Of a DNA stretch of 64,000 nt, positions 48,575 to 60,548 are shown piece by piece. How positions within the stretch are numbered: position 1 is the first letter of the stretch; each line of letters starts with the position of its first letter. Location: the NCBI RefSeq assembly GCF_036321535.1, contig NC_087454.1, positions 17,794,001 to 17,858,000 of the forward strand. Reading direction: 5' to 3'. Origin of the DNA: Camelus dromedarius (taxonomy: Eukaryota). The notes beneath the pieces are model-generated. The model saw only the letters and a list, made by a program, of their open reading frames with translations. It was not told where the DNA came from and did no database searches. The position numbers and the translations under genes are program-made.

Positions 48575-49468
48575 TTTTGGTCAATATTTTTATTGAGGTA
48601 TAATTGACATATGACATTATATTAGTTTCAGGTATAAAAGGTAATGATTCAATATTTGTACATATTGCAAAATGATCACTACAGTAAGTCTAGTTAACAT
48701 CCATCACCATACATTGTTACATTTTTCTCCTTGGGTTGAGAATTTTAAGATCTATTCTCTTAGCAACTTTCAAATATGCAATACAGTATTATTAACTATG
48801 CTCACCATGCTGTATCTTACATCCTCATGTCTTATTTTCATCATATATTCATCCATTGATGGACACTTAGGTTGTTTCCATGCCTTGGCTATTGTAAACA
48901 ATGTTGCAGTGAACATAAGGGTACACACATCTTTTTGACTTAGTGTTCTTTTTTTCTTGGATAATTACCCAGAAGTGAAATTGCTGGATCATATGGTAGT
49001 TCTGTTTTAAACTTTCTGAGGGACATTCCGTGATGGNNNNNNNNNNNNNNNNNNNNNNNNNNNNNNNNNNNNNNNNNNNNNNNNNNNNNNNNNNNNNNNN
49101 NNNNNNNNNNNNNNNNNNNNNNNNNNNNNNNNNNNNNNNNNNNNNNNNNNNNNNNNNNNNNNNNNNNNNNNNNNNNNNNNNNNNNNNNNNNNNNNNNNNN
49201 NNNNNNNNNNNNNNNNNNNNNNNNNNNNNNNCTGTATGCCTTCTTTGGGAAAATGTCCATTAGATCCTCTTCCTATTATAAAATGGGATTGTTTGGTTTT
49301 TTGCTATTTAGTTGTATGAGTTCTTTATATATTTTGGATATTAACCCCTTATCAGATAAACAGTTTGGAAATATTTTCTCCCTTTTCATATTGTTGATGG
49401 TTTCCTTTGCTGTGCAAAAGGTTTTTAGTTTGGTGTAGTACCACTTGTTTATTTTTCCTTTGATTGCC
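48575..49468 (-). mobile_element. 5'-truncated LINE-1
   Basis: ORF2 C-terminal translation and 3' UTR on the minus strand; perfect 18-bp target duplication TCTATTATTGTGATTCTT at 48557-48574 and 49469-49486. Confidence 0.9.
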
Positions 49469-49828
49469 TCTATTATTGTGATTCTTAGCATAAAGTAAAA
49501 TCATCCATAGAATTTATAAAATATACTTATGAGAGAGTGACAGATAAGAATTAATAGAAATACATGTAGAAAAATATCTTTATGCCCTAAAGGATAGAAA
49601 AGAACTTAAAAATAACTTAAAGGCATAAACTGTAAAGCAAAATATTGGTATATTTTACTTCATCCAAATCAAAGATATGTTCAATGAAGGCCACAATGGA
49701 AGCATAGATAGACAGGTATGACAAAAGTAGAAGATATTTGGAACATTTAAAAATGACAACTTAATTTATATTATCTAATAAGAAGCCATGAAAATCAGTA
49801 AATTCAGAAAGGCCAGAAGGGTCTCCAC

Positions 49829-49902
49829 TGGCCCATAAAGGGATCAAACCCATGACCTTGGCATTATTAGCACTACACTCCAACCAATTGAGCTAACCAA
49901 CT
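49829..49902 (-). pseudogene. tRNA-Ile(AAT) pseudogene
   Basis: Ungapped 60 of 74 identity to the intact Ile gene; all 8 CpG sites mutated; B box GGTTTGATCCC. Confidence 0.92.
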
Positions 49903-49964
49903 ACCCTGCATGTATGGCTCTTCACATGAAATAGTAAAAATTTCATATTCTTATGCCTGTTTAA

Positions 49965-52810
49965 CACCAAATGCTATTCCAACAAATTGGACAACCTAGA
50001 AGAAATAGATTCTGAGAAACCTACAACCTATCAAGACTGAATCGTGATGAAACGGAAAATCTGAATAGACCTATTACTACCAAGATTGAATCAATAATTA
50101 AAAACCTCTCAACAAAGGTCTGGAGACAGAAGGCTTCACCGATAAATTCTTCCCAACATTCAAAGAAGAATTAAGATCAGTCCTCAAACTCGTCCAAAAA
50201 GTTGTAGAGGGGGAAACTCTTCTAAACACATTTTACCAGGCCAGCATTACCCTAATACCAAACCAAGAGAAGGATGCCACAGAAACAAACAAACAAAAAA
50301 AATCACAGGCAAGTATCCCAGGTAAACATAGATGCAAAAGTTCTCAACAAAATATTAACAAACCAAATGCATCAAAGGGATCATACACCATAATCAAGTG
50401 GGATTTAGTCTAGGGATGCAATGCTGGTTCAACATCTGCAAATCAGTCAGTGTGATACACCACATTAACAAAATTGAGGATAAAAAAATCATAAGATCAT
50501 CTCAATAGATTCAGCAAAACCATTTGACAAATTCAACATCCGTTTATGATAAAATGGATATAGAGGAAACATACCTCAACATAATAAAGGCCACATATGA
50601 CAAGCTCACAGCTAAAATCATACTCATTGATAAAAAGCTGAAAGCTTTTCATTTAAGATCAGGAACAAGACNNNNNNNNNNNNNNNNNNNNNNNNNNNNN
50701 NNNNNNNNNNNNNNNNNNNNNNNNNNNNNNNNNNNNNNNNNNNNNNNNNNNNNNNNNNNNNNNNNNNNNNNNNNNNNNNNNNNNNNNNNNNNNNNNNNNN
50801 NNNNNNNNNNNNNNNNNNNNNNNNNNNNNNNNNNNTTACATATAGAAAACCCTGAAGACTCCATCAAAAAATTGTTACAACTAATAAATAAATAATGTAA
50901 AATTACAGGATACCAAATCAATACACAAAAATCAGTTGCATTTCTTTACACTAATAACAAGCTATCAGAAAGAGAAATTAAGAAAACAATCTCATTTACA
51001 ATTGTATCAAAAAATAAAATTCCTAGGAATGAATTTAACCAAGGCGGTGAAAGATCTGTATATTGAAAACTATAAGAAATTAANNNNNNNNNNNNNNNNN
51101 NNNNNNNNNNNNNNNNNNNNNNNNNNNNNNNNNNNNNNNNNNNNNNNNNNNNNNNNNNNNNNNNNNNNNNNNNNNNNNNNNNNNNNNNNNNNNNNNNNNN
51201 NNNNNNNNNNNNNNNNNNNNNNNNNNNNNTCCACAGAAATAGAACAAGCCATCCTAAAATTTGTATGCAACCATGAAACACCCCAAATAACAAAAGCAAT
51301 CGTGAGAAAGAAAAATAAAGGTGGAGGCATCATGCTTCCTGATTTCAAACTCTAACCCTAAGCTATAGTAATTAAAATAGTATGGTATTGGCAGAAAAAC
51401 AGATACGTACATCAATGAAACAGAATAGAGATCTTAGGGACAAATCTGCATGTAAATGGTCAACTAACTTATGACAAAGCAGGCAAGAATATACAATAGA
51501 ATCTCTTCAGTAAATGGTGAGGAAGCCAGACAGCCACATGCAAAAGAATGTAAGTAGACCACTGCCTTACACTATACAAAAAAATTAACTCAAAATAATT
51601 AGAGATTTGAATGTAAGACCTAAAACCATACAAATCCTAGAAGAAAACATAAATAATAAGCTTCTTGACATAGGTCTTGGTGATGACTTTTTTTGAATCT
51701 GTCACCAAAAGGAAAAGAAACAAAAACAAAAATAAACAAGTGAGACTACATCAAACTGAAAATCTTCTGCACAGCAAAGGAAACCATCAACAAAATAAGA
51801 AAGTGACGTATGGAATGGGAAAAAAATATTTGCAAACTATATATCTGATAAGGGGCCAATATGTAAAATATAAAAAGAATCCATGCAACTCAATAGTGAA
51901 AAATCAAACAATCCCATTTTGCAATGGGCAGAGGATCTGACCACACATTTTTCCAAAGAAGACATAAGTATGGCCAACAGATACATGAAAAGATGCTCAA
52001 CATCCCTAGTCATCAGGAAAATTCAAGTCAAAACCAAAATGAGATATAACCTCACACCTATTAAAATAGCTATTATCAAAAAGACAGGAAATAACAAGTG
52101 TTGCTGAGGATGTGGAGAAAAGGGAACACTTGTACACAGTTGGTAGGAATACAAATTGATGCAGCCACCATGCAAAACAGTACGGAAGTTCATCAGAAGG
52201 TTAAAAACAGAATTACCATATGATTCAGCAATCCCACTTCTAGGTATTTATCCAAGAAAATGAAAACACTAAGTCGAAAAGATGTTTGCACCCCTATGTT
52301 CATTGCAGCATTATTTACTCTAGCCAAGACATGGAAACAACCTAGGTGTCCATCAGTGGATGAATGGATATAGAAAATGAGATATAGATAGAGATATATA
52401 GTGCAATATATATGTAAAGTGTATATACATAATACAGAAAACGTGATATATGGTGTAATATTATATACAGCCATAAGAAAGAATGAAGTCTTGCCATTTA
52501 TGACAACATGGATGGAACTTGAGGGCATTCTGCTAAGTGAAATAAGTCAGACAGAGAAAGAAAAATACTGTATGATGTCACCTACACGTGGAAAAAAACA
52601 ATAACAAAACAAACAGACTGGGGGGCAGGATATAGGTCAGTGGTAGAGTGCATGTCTAGCATTCACAAGGGTCTAGGTTCAATCGCCAGCACCTCTATCA
52701 AAAAAAAAAAAAAAAGTAAATAAATAAACCTACACTCCCCACCAACAAAAAATTAAAATAAAATAAATACTTTAAAACAAACAAAAAAGCTCGTAGATAG
52801 AGAGAACGAA
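49965..52810 (+). mobile_element. LINE-1 ORF2 (RT to C-terminus) and partial 3' UTR, disrupted
   Basis: Fragmented ORFs with ORF2 peptides ([45 protein letters not shown]); stops and frameshifts; SINE in the 3' UTR. Confidence 0.92.
52620..52775 (+). mobile_element. tRNA-Ala-derived SINE inserted in an L1 3' UTR
   Basis: GGGGGCAGGATATAGGTCAGTGGTAGAGTGCATG...GGTTCAATCGCCAGCACCTC, A tail and TAAATAAATAAACCT; L1 sequence resumes afterwards. Confidence 0.85.
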
Positions 52811-55769
52811 TTTTTTTAAACGAGGAAGTCTTTCTTCTTTTTTCAAAGGAGACTTTTTTGTTTAGCCAATTTTAACTACGACCAAGTAACATTGTTTCTT
52901 CAAGTTTTTCTTCATGCTCCATTTCCCCTTTCTGAACTCCAGCAAAAAGAAAAAGATAAGGCGAAAACTTGGTCTCCAGATGAAACAAACTTCACTGCTC
53001 AGGTAGAAAACAAGACTTTCTCAAACTTGACGACTCTGCCCTGAGAAAACACAGAGGAACATTCACAAGAGTCTTCCTTCTTTCTACCACAGAAAGGATC
53101 TGGAAGAAGGTTTTCAGTTTAACTTCCAAATAGACAGATTATGAAATAGACCCTCCAGCAGGAATAGCTGGTGGATTTGGTCCCAGCTCCTCTTCAGACC
53201 AGGAAAGAAGGAAATCTCTGCAGATCTGCCTTGTGGGTTTCTAAGGACTGGGAGATGCCCATTTTCTGTGCTCCACCGAGAACGTCCAGCAGTGTGAATA
53301 TTTGCTGCTTGGATTTGCCATTTTATGATAATTAACTGCCTGTTTCTTTTCTCCTCCTGAGGGTGAAAACTGCTGTCTTCATTCCTCTGGTACCCCTGGT
53401 GCCCACACAGAGTGGCAGGTTCTCAGTAACTTAATTTAATGAATGATGAAAAGGTGCACAGAAAGTCCTTTCTGCTAAATATAGTCTTTGAGCACGAGAA
53501 TCCTCCAGGTGTTTATCAAATGACATCAGAAGCTTCAATTTTTCTTCTTTCCAGAAAGTTATTTTCAAAAGAAATCAATTCACCTCCTAATTGGGGTGGG
53601 GGGGGTGGACGGAGGGGGGATGATGGAGGAAGATGCTCTTCAAATAACTCTGAGATGTCTGTTGGCCAAAAAGGACTTTCCCTCCTAGTTCCCATTTCTC
53701 TAGCTCCAGGAAGGATTCCAAGGACTTCCTTCACAGTTAGGCTCCTTTCGCATCTCTTCCTATCTGGGCGCACCTCAGGTTCCTGGCACTCAGTCACTGC
53801 ACCTACCCAGGCCCCCGCCCCACAACGCAGTCAAAAGATTCTCAAATTTAGCAAGTTTGGCATGCAATTCTTTGCAGATGCGAAAAGCCGGTTTAGCAGG
53901 TGCAGATGTGAGATCCAGGACAGGCAGCTCTTCCTCCTGGACAATTTCCCAGCAACTCTGCGTCCCACTCAGCTGGAGTTTTGTGGCCATGTAGGTCAAG
54001 GTCATTTCAAGAGGAAAGAGGGATCCCGACCAATTCTGGAGTGACATTGGCACCTGTGAAAGCTCTAGATTCTCAGGCCACTTTCAAATTCTTTGATTTC
54101 TATTCTGAAGACAAAAAGTGTACCCCTCAGCTGGCCGCCAAGCCCTTGGTCTGAGATGCCTCAGCAACTATGTAGACTTCCAAGCGATGGAGAAAAGGAT
54201 GTGTTGGAATACCTGGTCTGAGCAGGACTTCTTAACATTGGGTTTGGAGGCTGTTTCCAATAAAAATGAGATACAAACAAATGGTGAAGAATGAACAGAA
54301 GTTGGTCATTTTATCCTTAGCTAAGCTGAGGCTTCAACCTGCAAATTTTGTTATTCATAGCATAGCCTTCCCCCAAATCTTAGAACTATGGACCCCAGGC
54401 ACATTTTTTGAAAACTAATTTATTTTTATTCTAAGATTAAGCAGTTGCTTTTCTTTGTATTATAATCATTGATAACTTAAAAATGAAACTGCTGCATCAC
54501 TCGAATATATTGATCACAAATTTTGAATAATCTGATATGATCACTATTTATGAAAAATAAATGTATGAACAAGTAATTCTTTATAGCCTTTAATCTTATG
54601 TTATTTTTTCTTCTTGAACTTCACTTTCCCAAAAAGACATCATAATATCAAATAATTTTATACCTGAAATTATTTTACAGTTCCTATATCTTACTTTACT
54701 GTAACAAAAAACAATATATATGAACACTACAGTTACTTTGTGGGAGGACATAAGATTCTAGTTTTTACTAGTTTCTCTGTACTGAATTATCATTTAAAAT
54801 ATTATTTATACACAAATAATCATAACAGCAGAAATACAATGAATTAGAAACTAAGGAGTAAATTAAAGGTAAAAATAATGGAATGCTTATCTAAATGATT
54901 TTGGTCTTTTAAAATTAATTCATATAATCATGGATAAATGTGCGTGTTGCCATGATAAGTCAAGTTTCAGTATTAATTTTATGCCTAGTTTATGACTACT
55001 GAGAAAATGTGTTTTAATATAAAATAAAATGAAAATAGATCAGGTTTTGCTATACAAGTGTATCACGGTTACTTAACACTTTCTGAGTTGTTTGCAAAAA
55101 AAAGAATCACATATATTTCGGATTCTAATATATTTGATGACTAGATTCTCCCTTAATTTATTTAAAGCAAATAATTGAAAGCATCCTGACTTGCTAAAAG
55201 TTAATTACCTAGCTATCACAATAGTTTAATTATCTTAACCATTTCCCAGCCTTTCCATTTATTCCTGTGTTGGAGACTGGAGCTTGTTGCACTTTGAGTT
55301 GATAATCCTTGGTCAGATTTGAGAAGAGTGAGAGGAAAGTGTTTCTTTTGGAGTATGAAAAAAAGGTCATTGAGAAATGCACATCTTGATATCAGAAATA
55401 TTCTCAGACAGGTCAGTTTTAGATAAAATCCATATGGTGGTTGATGACTAGAAAACTGATCACCTGAGGCTGACTGGCTTCTTGCACTTTTGAAGGTCCT
55501 CCTGTGTCCTCAAGAGTGGGATTACCCTGGTTTGATCACTGCTGCATTAAATCACTGAAACCCACTCCCTGAAAAGTGAAAGGAGTAGGCATGCACCACC
55601 TGATGGAAGAAATGTTCATGTAGTGAGGTATGGGGAAATTGTTCTGGCTTATACATTATTTGCCTTGAACTTTATGCTAGCCAGAATGACTTGTGGCCTA
55701 TCAAACATACCTTGAACATCTGCTTTAACCATTAAATAAAAGGGTGCATTATCCAGAAGTAAAAAAATG

Positions 55770-56210
55770 TCCATTTTGAAAATAGAGATAAAGCTAAGAG
55801 GCTTCTGTGATAGTCCAAGTCAGAGATGAAGGTGGCTCAGAAGAAGGTGATAGCACTGGAGGTGGTAAGAAGACGTCAGATTCTGGATAACGTTTTAGAG
55901 TAAAACCAGCAACATTGGTTGATGGATTATTCATTCACACAACAAACATTTATTGATTGTCTACTGTGTACACTGTTGTAGCAACCAGGCATTTAACAAT
56001 GAACGGAAGAGATGAAAATCAAGAGCCCCATGGTGCTTCCTTTCTAGTCTGGGAAACAGATGATGAATCATGTAAGTAAAATATGTATAATATTTCTAAT
56101 AGTGGTAAGTGCTATGAAGAAGAGTAAAGAATAAAGGAGACCTACAGGTTTGATAAATTTTAAAAAGATGATCACAGAAGACCTTTCTGGCCTTTGAGTA
56201 GAGATATCTT
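55770..56210 (-). mobile_element. L2 remnant
   Basis: ATTCATTCACACAACAAACATTTATTGATTGTCTACTGTG is the typical L2 3' end in antisense. Confidence 0.65.
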
Positions 56211-56369
56211 TCAGAGAGAGAGACTGAAGTAGAAGATTGAAAGGGAGATTGAGAGGGGAGGCTGAGAAACAAAGAGAGAGAGTCTGAGTATTGGGACAAC
56301 TGAGGGGGACTGAAGATATGCGGAGGGGCAGAGAGAGGAAGGCTGGGAGTAAGGGGGCAAAAGAAATTC

Positions 56370-56630
56370 CTGAAGCAGAGAGAGGTACAGATTAAAGGAT
56401 GGAGAAGGGAGACTGAGGACCAGAGGGAAGGGAGATTAAGGGGTAAGAGAGGGAAAAATCAGAAGCAGCCAGAGAAGTAATTGGATATCCAGGGGCCACA
56501 TCAGCAGACCTCTATGCACAGACTCTGGCGTCCCTGCCCCGCTTCACTGGTTCCTACAGAAGCCTGACCTGTCCCAAGACAGGTATCTGAAAAGAAATCT
56601 GAGTTCCTGATGAAAGACTATAAATTTAAA
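56370..56630 (+). promoter_or_regulatory. PRSS16 proximal promoter
   Basis: TATAAAT at 56619-56625, about 75 nt before the ATG; GACGC (minus, 56528-56532) and three GAAGC pentamers upstream. Confidence 0.6.
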
Positions 56631-56698
56631 GGCCAGCCCAGGGGACATTAGATAAAGTTCTCAGTGACTGAGAGCCCTTGCACAGAGGACTGGAGAGC

Positions 56699-56768
56699 AT
56701 GACCATCAGACGTATCCTATGGCTGGGTCCTCTGCTCCTGGCTTCCCTCTGGGGGTCCTCAGCTCCAG
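56699..56768 (+). CDS. PRSS16: Thymus-specific serine protease (peptidase S28), coding exon 1, signal peptide
   Basis: MTIRRILWLGPLLLASLWGSSAP; donor GTAGGA. Confidence 0.88.
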
Positions 56769-56842
56769 GTAGGAGGCTCATTAGGGTCAGGCGGGGCTCC
56801 TAACGAGGCCTGGCCTGACTCCTTCCCCTCCGTGTCCCACAG

Positions 56843-57003
56843 CCTCCCTCCTTAGGCGCCTAGGTGAGCACATTCAGCAGTTTCAGGAGCGCTCTGGACT
56901 GGGCCTGAGCCTGGGCCCGAGTCCTGTGGCCTTCCCAAAAGAAGGGTGGCTGGAGCAGCCACTGGACCCCTTCAATGCATCTGACAGACGATTCTTCCTG
57001 CAG
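56843..57003 (+). CDS. PRSS16: PRSS16 exon 2
   Basis: SLLRRLGEHIQQFQ...WLEQPLDPFNASDRRFFLQ; AG and GT boundaries, frame continuous. Confidence 0.93.
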
Positions 57004-57519
57004 GTGAGGCCAGGAGAGGGGTGTCAACTGCCTACCTAGCCCCCTCCTCAGTCTCCCTACTCTGCCCTTCAGTCTCTGCTTTCTGTTCCTGCCTCTACAC
57101 CTCTGTCTCCCCAGCTCTCTGCCCCACAGTCTCATCCCTTGTGGCCCTTTAGTCTAACCCCTCTGTTTCTTGGATTTGCCCTTTATCCCCTAGTCTCCCT
57201 TCTCTTTCCTAGCCTCCCACTTTTTTCATCCCTCAGGTCCTGTCCTTCAGTTTTTCCTTTTCTCTGTCATTCACTCTCACTCTCTCGCTGCCCCTCAATA
57301 CCCCCTTCTCCCTGTCCTTCAAATGAAACACTAAACCCATCACTGGGTCTCAATATGGACCATAAATTTGGACCAGCTTTGGAACCAGACCTGGCTCACA
57401 ATAGGCACTTGAAGATATCTATTGAATGAATGATAAAATTAATAATTTTTCATGCCAACTCTATCAGTCTCAAAAGGTCATTTCACATAGGTCCTATTCC
57501 TGAATGCCTCTGCACTTGT

Positions 57520-57730
57520 TACTTATTCTACAATTTTTATTTCAGTATATAGCAACTACTTACCATGTGCCAGCCACTATCCTTGACCTTGGGGATATAA
57601 AAGTGAAAGTTGGCAAAAATATCTGCTCTTGTAGATCTTATCTTCTAGATAAGGAGACAAACAGGAGAAAAATGAACACATAAGTAAATAAGCCTATTTC
57701 AGACAATACTAAGTACATAAAGATCCATTA
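57520..57730 (-). mobile_element. L2 remnant in PRSS16 intron 2
   Basis: CAACTACTTACCATGTGCCAGCCACT...TTGGGGATATAAAAGTGAA motif. Confidence 0.55.
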
Positions 57731-57815
57731 GAGAGAGAGACTGGAATGAACAGGGAATAAAGAATAGGACAGAACTCTCACAACCCCATTTTTTCTTCCC
57801 CATCCCACCTCCTAG

Positions 57816-57915
57816 CGGTATTGGGTCAACGACCAACATCGGGCCAGCCAGGATGGACCTGTATTCCTGCACCTGGGGGGAGAGGGCAGCCTTGGGCCTG
57901 GCTCAGTGATGAGAG
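57816..57915 (+). CDS. PRSS16: PRSS16 exon 3
   Basis: RYWVNDQHRASQDGPVFLHLGGEGSLGPGSVMR; contains the S28 GGEG motif; donor GTAAGA. Confidence 0.94.
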
Positions 57916-58046
57916 GTAAGAAGCAAGGGTGGGGAAAGACATAGCTGGGAAGCTGGTGGGGGCCAGGAAGGGAGGTTGCATATTGCAGTGCTGTGAGACT
58001 CAAGGGTTGCATTTATCTCACACCCCCTCCTTCATATTCTTCACAG

Positions 58047-58176
58047 GGCACCCTGCAACCCTGGCCCCAGTCTGGGGGGCCCTGGTGATAAGCCTGGAAC
58101 ATAGATTTTATGGCCTGAGTATACCTGCTGGAGGATTGGACATGGCCCAGCTTCGTTTCTTGTCCAGCCGCCATGC
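58047..58176 (+). CDS. PRSS16: PRSS16 exon 4
   Basis: HPATLAPVWGALVISLEHRFYGLSIP...LRFLSSRH; S28 EHRFYG motif; donor GTGAGT. Confidence 0.95.
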
Positions 58177-58384
58177 GTGAGTCGGAGTAGGGAAAGTGTT
58201 TAGGGTCATGGGACTGAGGATGTCTGTGTCTTAGCATCTCTGCATTTGTGTCTCTCTCCTCTGTTGCCCAAAGTTGCAGAGTCTCTTGTTCCATGGTCTC
58301 TTCTCTTTCTTTCACTCTAATTATTTCTCTCTCCATCTCTGAGTCTCTGTCCCTCCTTAGCTTTTTCTTTCTCTTACACTATGT

Positions 58385-58870
58385 TCTTATCACTTGCTGT
58401 CTCACTATGGCGTACTGGTCCAGACCACAAGCATCTCTTACCTGGATGACACAGCCTCCTCACTGGTCTCCCTATTTCTGCCCTTGACCCCTATAGTCTA
58501 TTCTCCAAATGAAGCCAGAGTGATCATTAGATCATAAACCAGATCACCACTCTCTTGGCTCAAATCCCTCACACAGTGGCTACAGTGGCTACAAAGTCTG
58601 ATTGGCTCTGGCTCCCTAGTTAACTCTCCCACCTCCTCTTTCCCACACTCTGTGGGCTCCAGCTACACTGAGGTCCTTGCTGCTCTCCAGACTTATAGGC
58701 ACGTTGGTGCCTTGAATCTTTGATCTCTTTCCTCTGCAAGGAGTGGGCTCCCCCTAGATATTTGTATGGCTCCTTCTCTCACTTCCTTCAGTGCACCCTA
58801 TTCCAGTTACCAACCTTTACTGTTTCCTTCCCCACCTCACCTGTTTTATTGTTCCCCAAAGGACTTATCT
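58385..58870 (+). mobile_element. L2 remnant in PRSS16 intron 4
   Basis: CTGGTCCAGACCAC...CTTACCTGGATG...CAGCCTCCTCACTGGTCTCCC and GCCAGAGTGATC motifs. Confidence 0.65.
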
Positions 58871-59529
58871 CTCCCTTTCCTACTTGGTGTATCTCTCTGT
58901 ATCTGTCTGTAATCAGTCGCTTTCCCTTTCTCTGTCTCACTCTTGTCTCCATCTCTCTGTGTATTTGTCTACATTTCTTTGCCTCTATGTTCCTCTCTGT
59001 CTCTTAGTATTTTCACAAGCAAAATGGGTTTCTAACTGCAGTAGGATGGCACTAACTGCAAACAGTTTCGGAAATGTTAGGGAGGAGAGAGAGCATTTGG
59101 GATAAAAAAAGAGCATGTTAGACATACCCCCAATATCTCTATCTCTTTTTCTAAATATGTCTCCCCCTCCCCCAATAAAGTCTAACCTATTCAGCCTAGG
59201 TCCTCTCTTCCTAAGTAGCTCTTCTTGACTCTCTCCAATCCCTCCTATAGTTTAGGTTTCCACCTACACTGCCTTGGAAGTTTTCCTCTCCCATCTAGTC
59301 TGGAAGAGAAGGGTGGAGGCTTTCCAGATGGGTCTCCCTTGACCTAGGCACTCATGCAGAAATGAGTATGTGGGTATGGGGAGCCCTCAGAAATATTTCA
59401 TGAAAAAAATAGTCTTAGTTTCTGGCCAGACTCCCTCTATTCTTGTCTCGGGATCCCCTTCTATACAATGGGGGAATCTTCGGGGATTTCCAGCCATGAG
59501 GACTGACTCAGTCTTCCCTCTGACCATAG

Positions 59530-59653
59530 GCTGGCCGATGTGATCTCTGCCCGCCTCACACTCTCCCGCCTCTTCAACGTCTCCTCCTCCAGCCCCTGGA
59601 TCTGCTTCGGAGGCTCCTATGCCGGCTCCCTGGCTGCCTGGGCCCGGCTGAAG
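59530..59653 (+). CDS. PRSS16: PRSS16 exon 5 with the catalytic Ser
   Basis: LADVISARLTLSRLFNVSSSSPWICFGGSYAGSLAAWARLK; nucleophile motif GGSYAG; weak donor GTCCCA. Confidence 0.95.
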
Positions 59654-59809
59654 GTCCCAGGACTCCTCTTGGGAAGGCTGGAGGGAGGGAACTCAGGGGT
59701 CCTCAACTCAGATAATAGGAATATCTGCCCACCACACTCCCTCCTCCCACACCGTTCTTTCCCCTAGAAGAGCTTTCTACAATCTGCCTTCACAAGAGTC
59801 CAGTGTATA

Positions 59810-59885
59810 GAGGGTAGGGACTTGCTTAAGACCACACAATGAGTAAGTGTCACAGGGGCAGGAAGACATGGGATCCCAGTCCCTA
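59810..59885 (-). mobile_element. MIR fragment in PRSS16 intron 5
   Basis: GACTTGCTTAAGACCACACA...AGTAAGTG resembles the MIR core in antisense. Confidence 0.5.
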
Positions 59886-59916
59886 GCCCCCAGGTTGATA
59901 ACTTCTCCTCCCTCAG

Positions 59917-59994
59917 TTTCCCCATCTCATTTTCGCTTCGGTCGCCTCTTCCGCCCCGGTGCGGGCCGTGCTGGATTTCTCCGAATATAATAAC
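59917..59994 (+). CDS. PRSS16: PRSS16 exon 6
   Basis: FPHLIFASVASSAPVRAVLDFSEYNN; S28 ASSAP motif; donor GTAAGG. Confidence 0.94.
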
Positions 59995-60077
59995 GTAAGG
60001 ATGGCGGGAGACGGGTCCAGGGGGAAGAGGGCCTCAGTAGTGGAGTCACTTAATATTCTACTGCGGTCGGACTATAG

Positions 60078-60125
60078 GTGGTGTCCAGAAGCCTAATGAA
60101 CACTGCGATTGGTGGATCCCTTGAG
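60078..60125 (+). CDS. PRSS16: PRSS16 exon 7 (48 nt)
   Basis: VVSRSLMNTAIGGSLE; AG and GT boundaries, phase 0 at both ends. Confidence 0.88.
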
Positions 60126-60548
60126 GTAGGAGGTGGGCGCCAGTCCGAGGGGTATAGGAAGAGATAGGAGGCCTTGAGGATGCGGGTAGGGGGAAAGGGT
60201 GAAGCCTGCAAGGTGGCGGCGTATGAGGGACTTGGGACCCGGAGAGGTGGGCGGATTTAGGAAGAAGGCAGGAGCTGAGGATGGATCCTGGTTCCTAGAA
60301 GGGAGGAGCCCAACGGGGCGGGGCTGAATGGGCGTGGCCAGAGGAGGGACGACCCTCTCAGTAGGCTGAGGCTCCGCGTGGGGCGGGGCCTGGGGGGACG
60401 TCCCGGGGCGAGAGCAGAGTTCTACAGCCCAGCCGGTGAATCCGACTTGGGAAAAGCGAGGAGCCCAGGGAGGATGCAGGTCATGGAAAGGGGTAGTCTG
60501 GGGCCCGGGTCCGAGTCTTCGCTGACCCAGCCTCTCCGCTCCCCGCAG

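Noticed and set aside
53439-54044. 201-aa ORF upstream of PRSS16
   Set aside because: No recognisable domain; includes a low-complexity G run.
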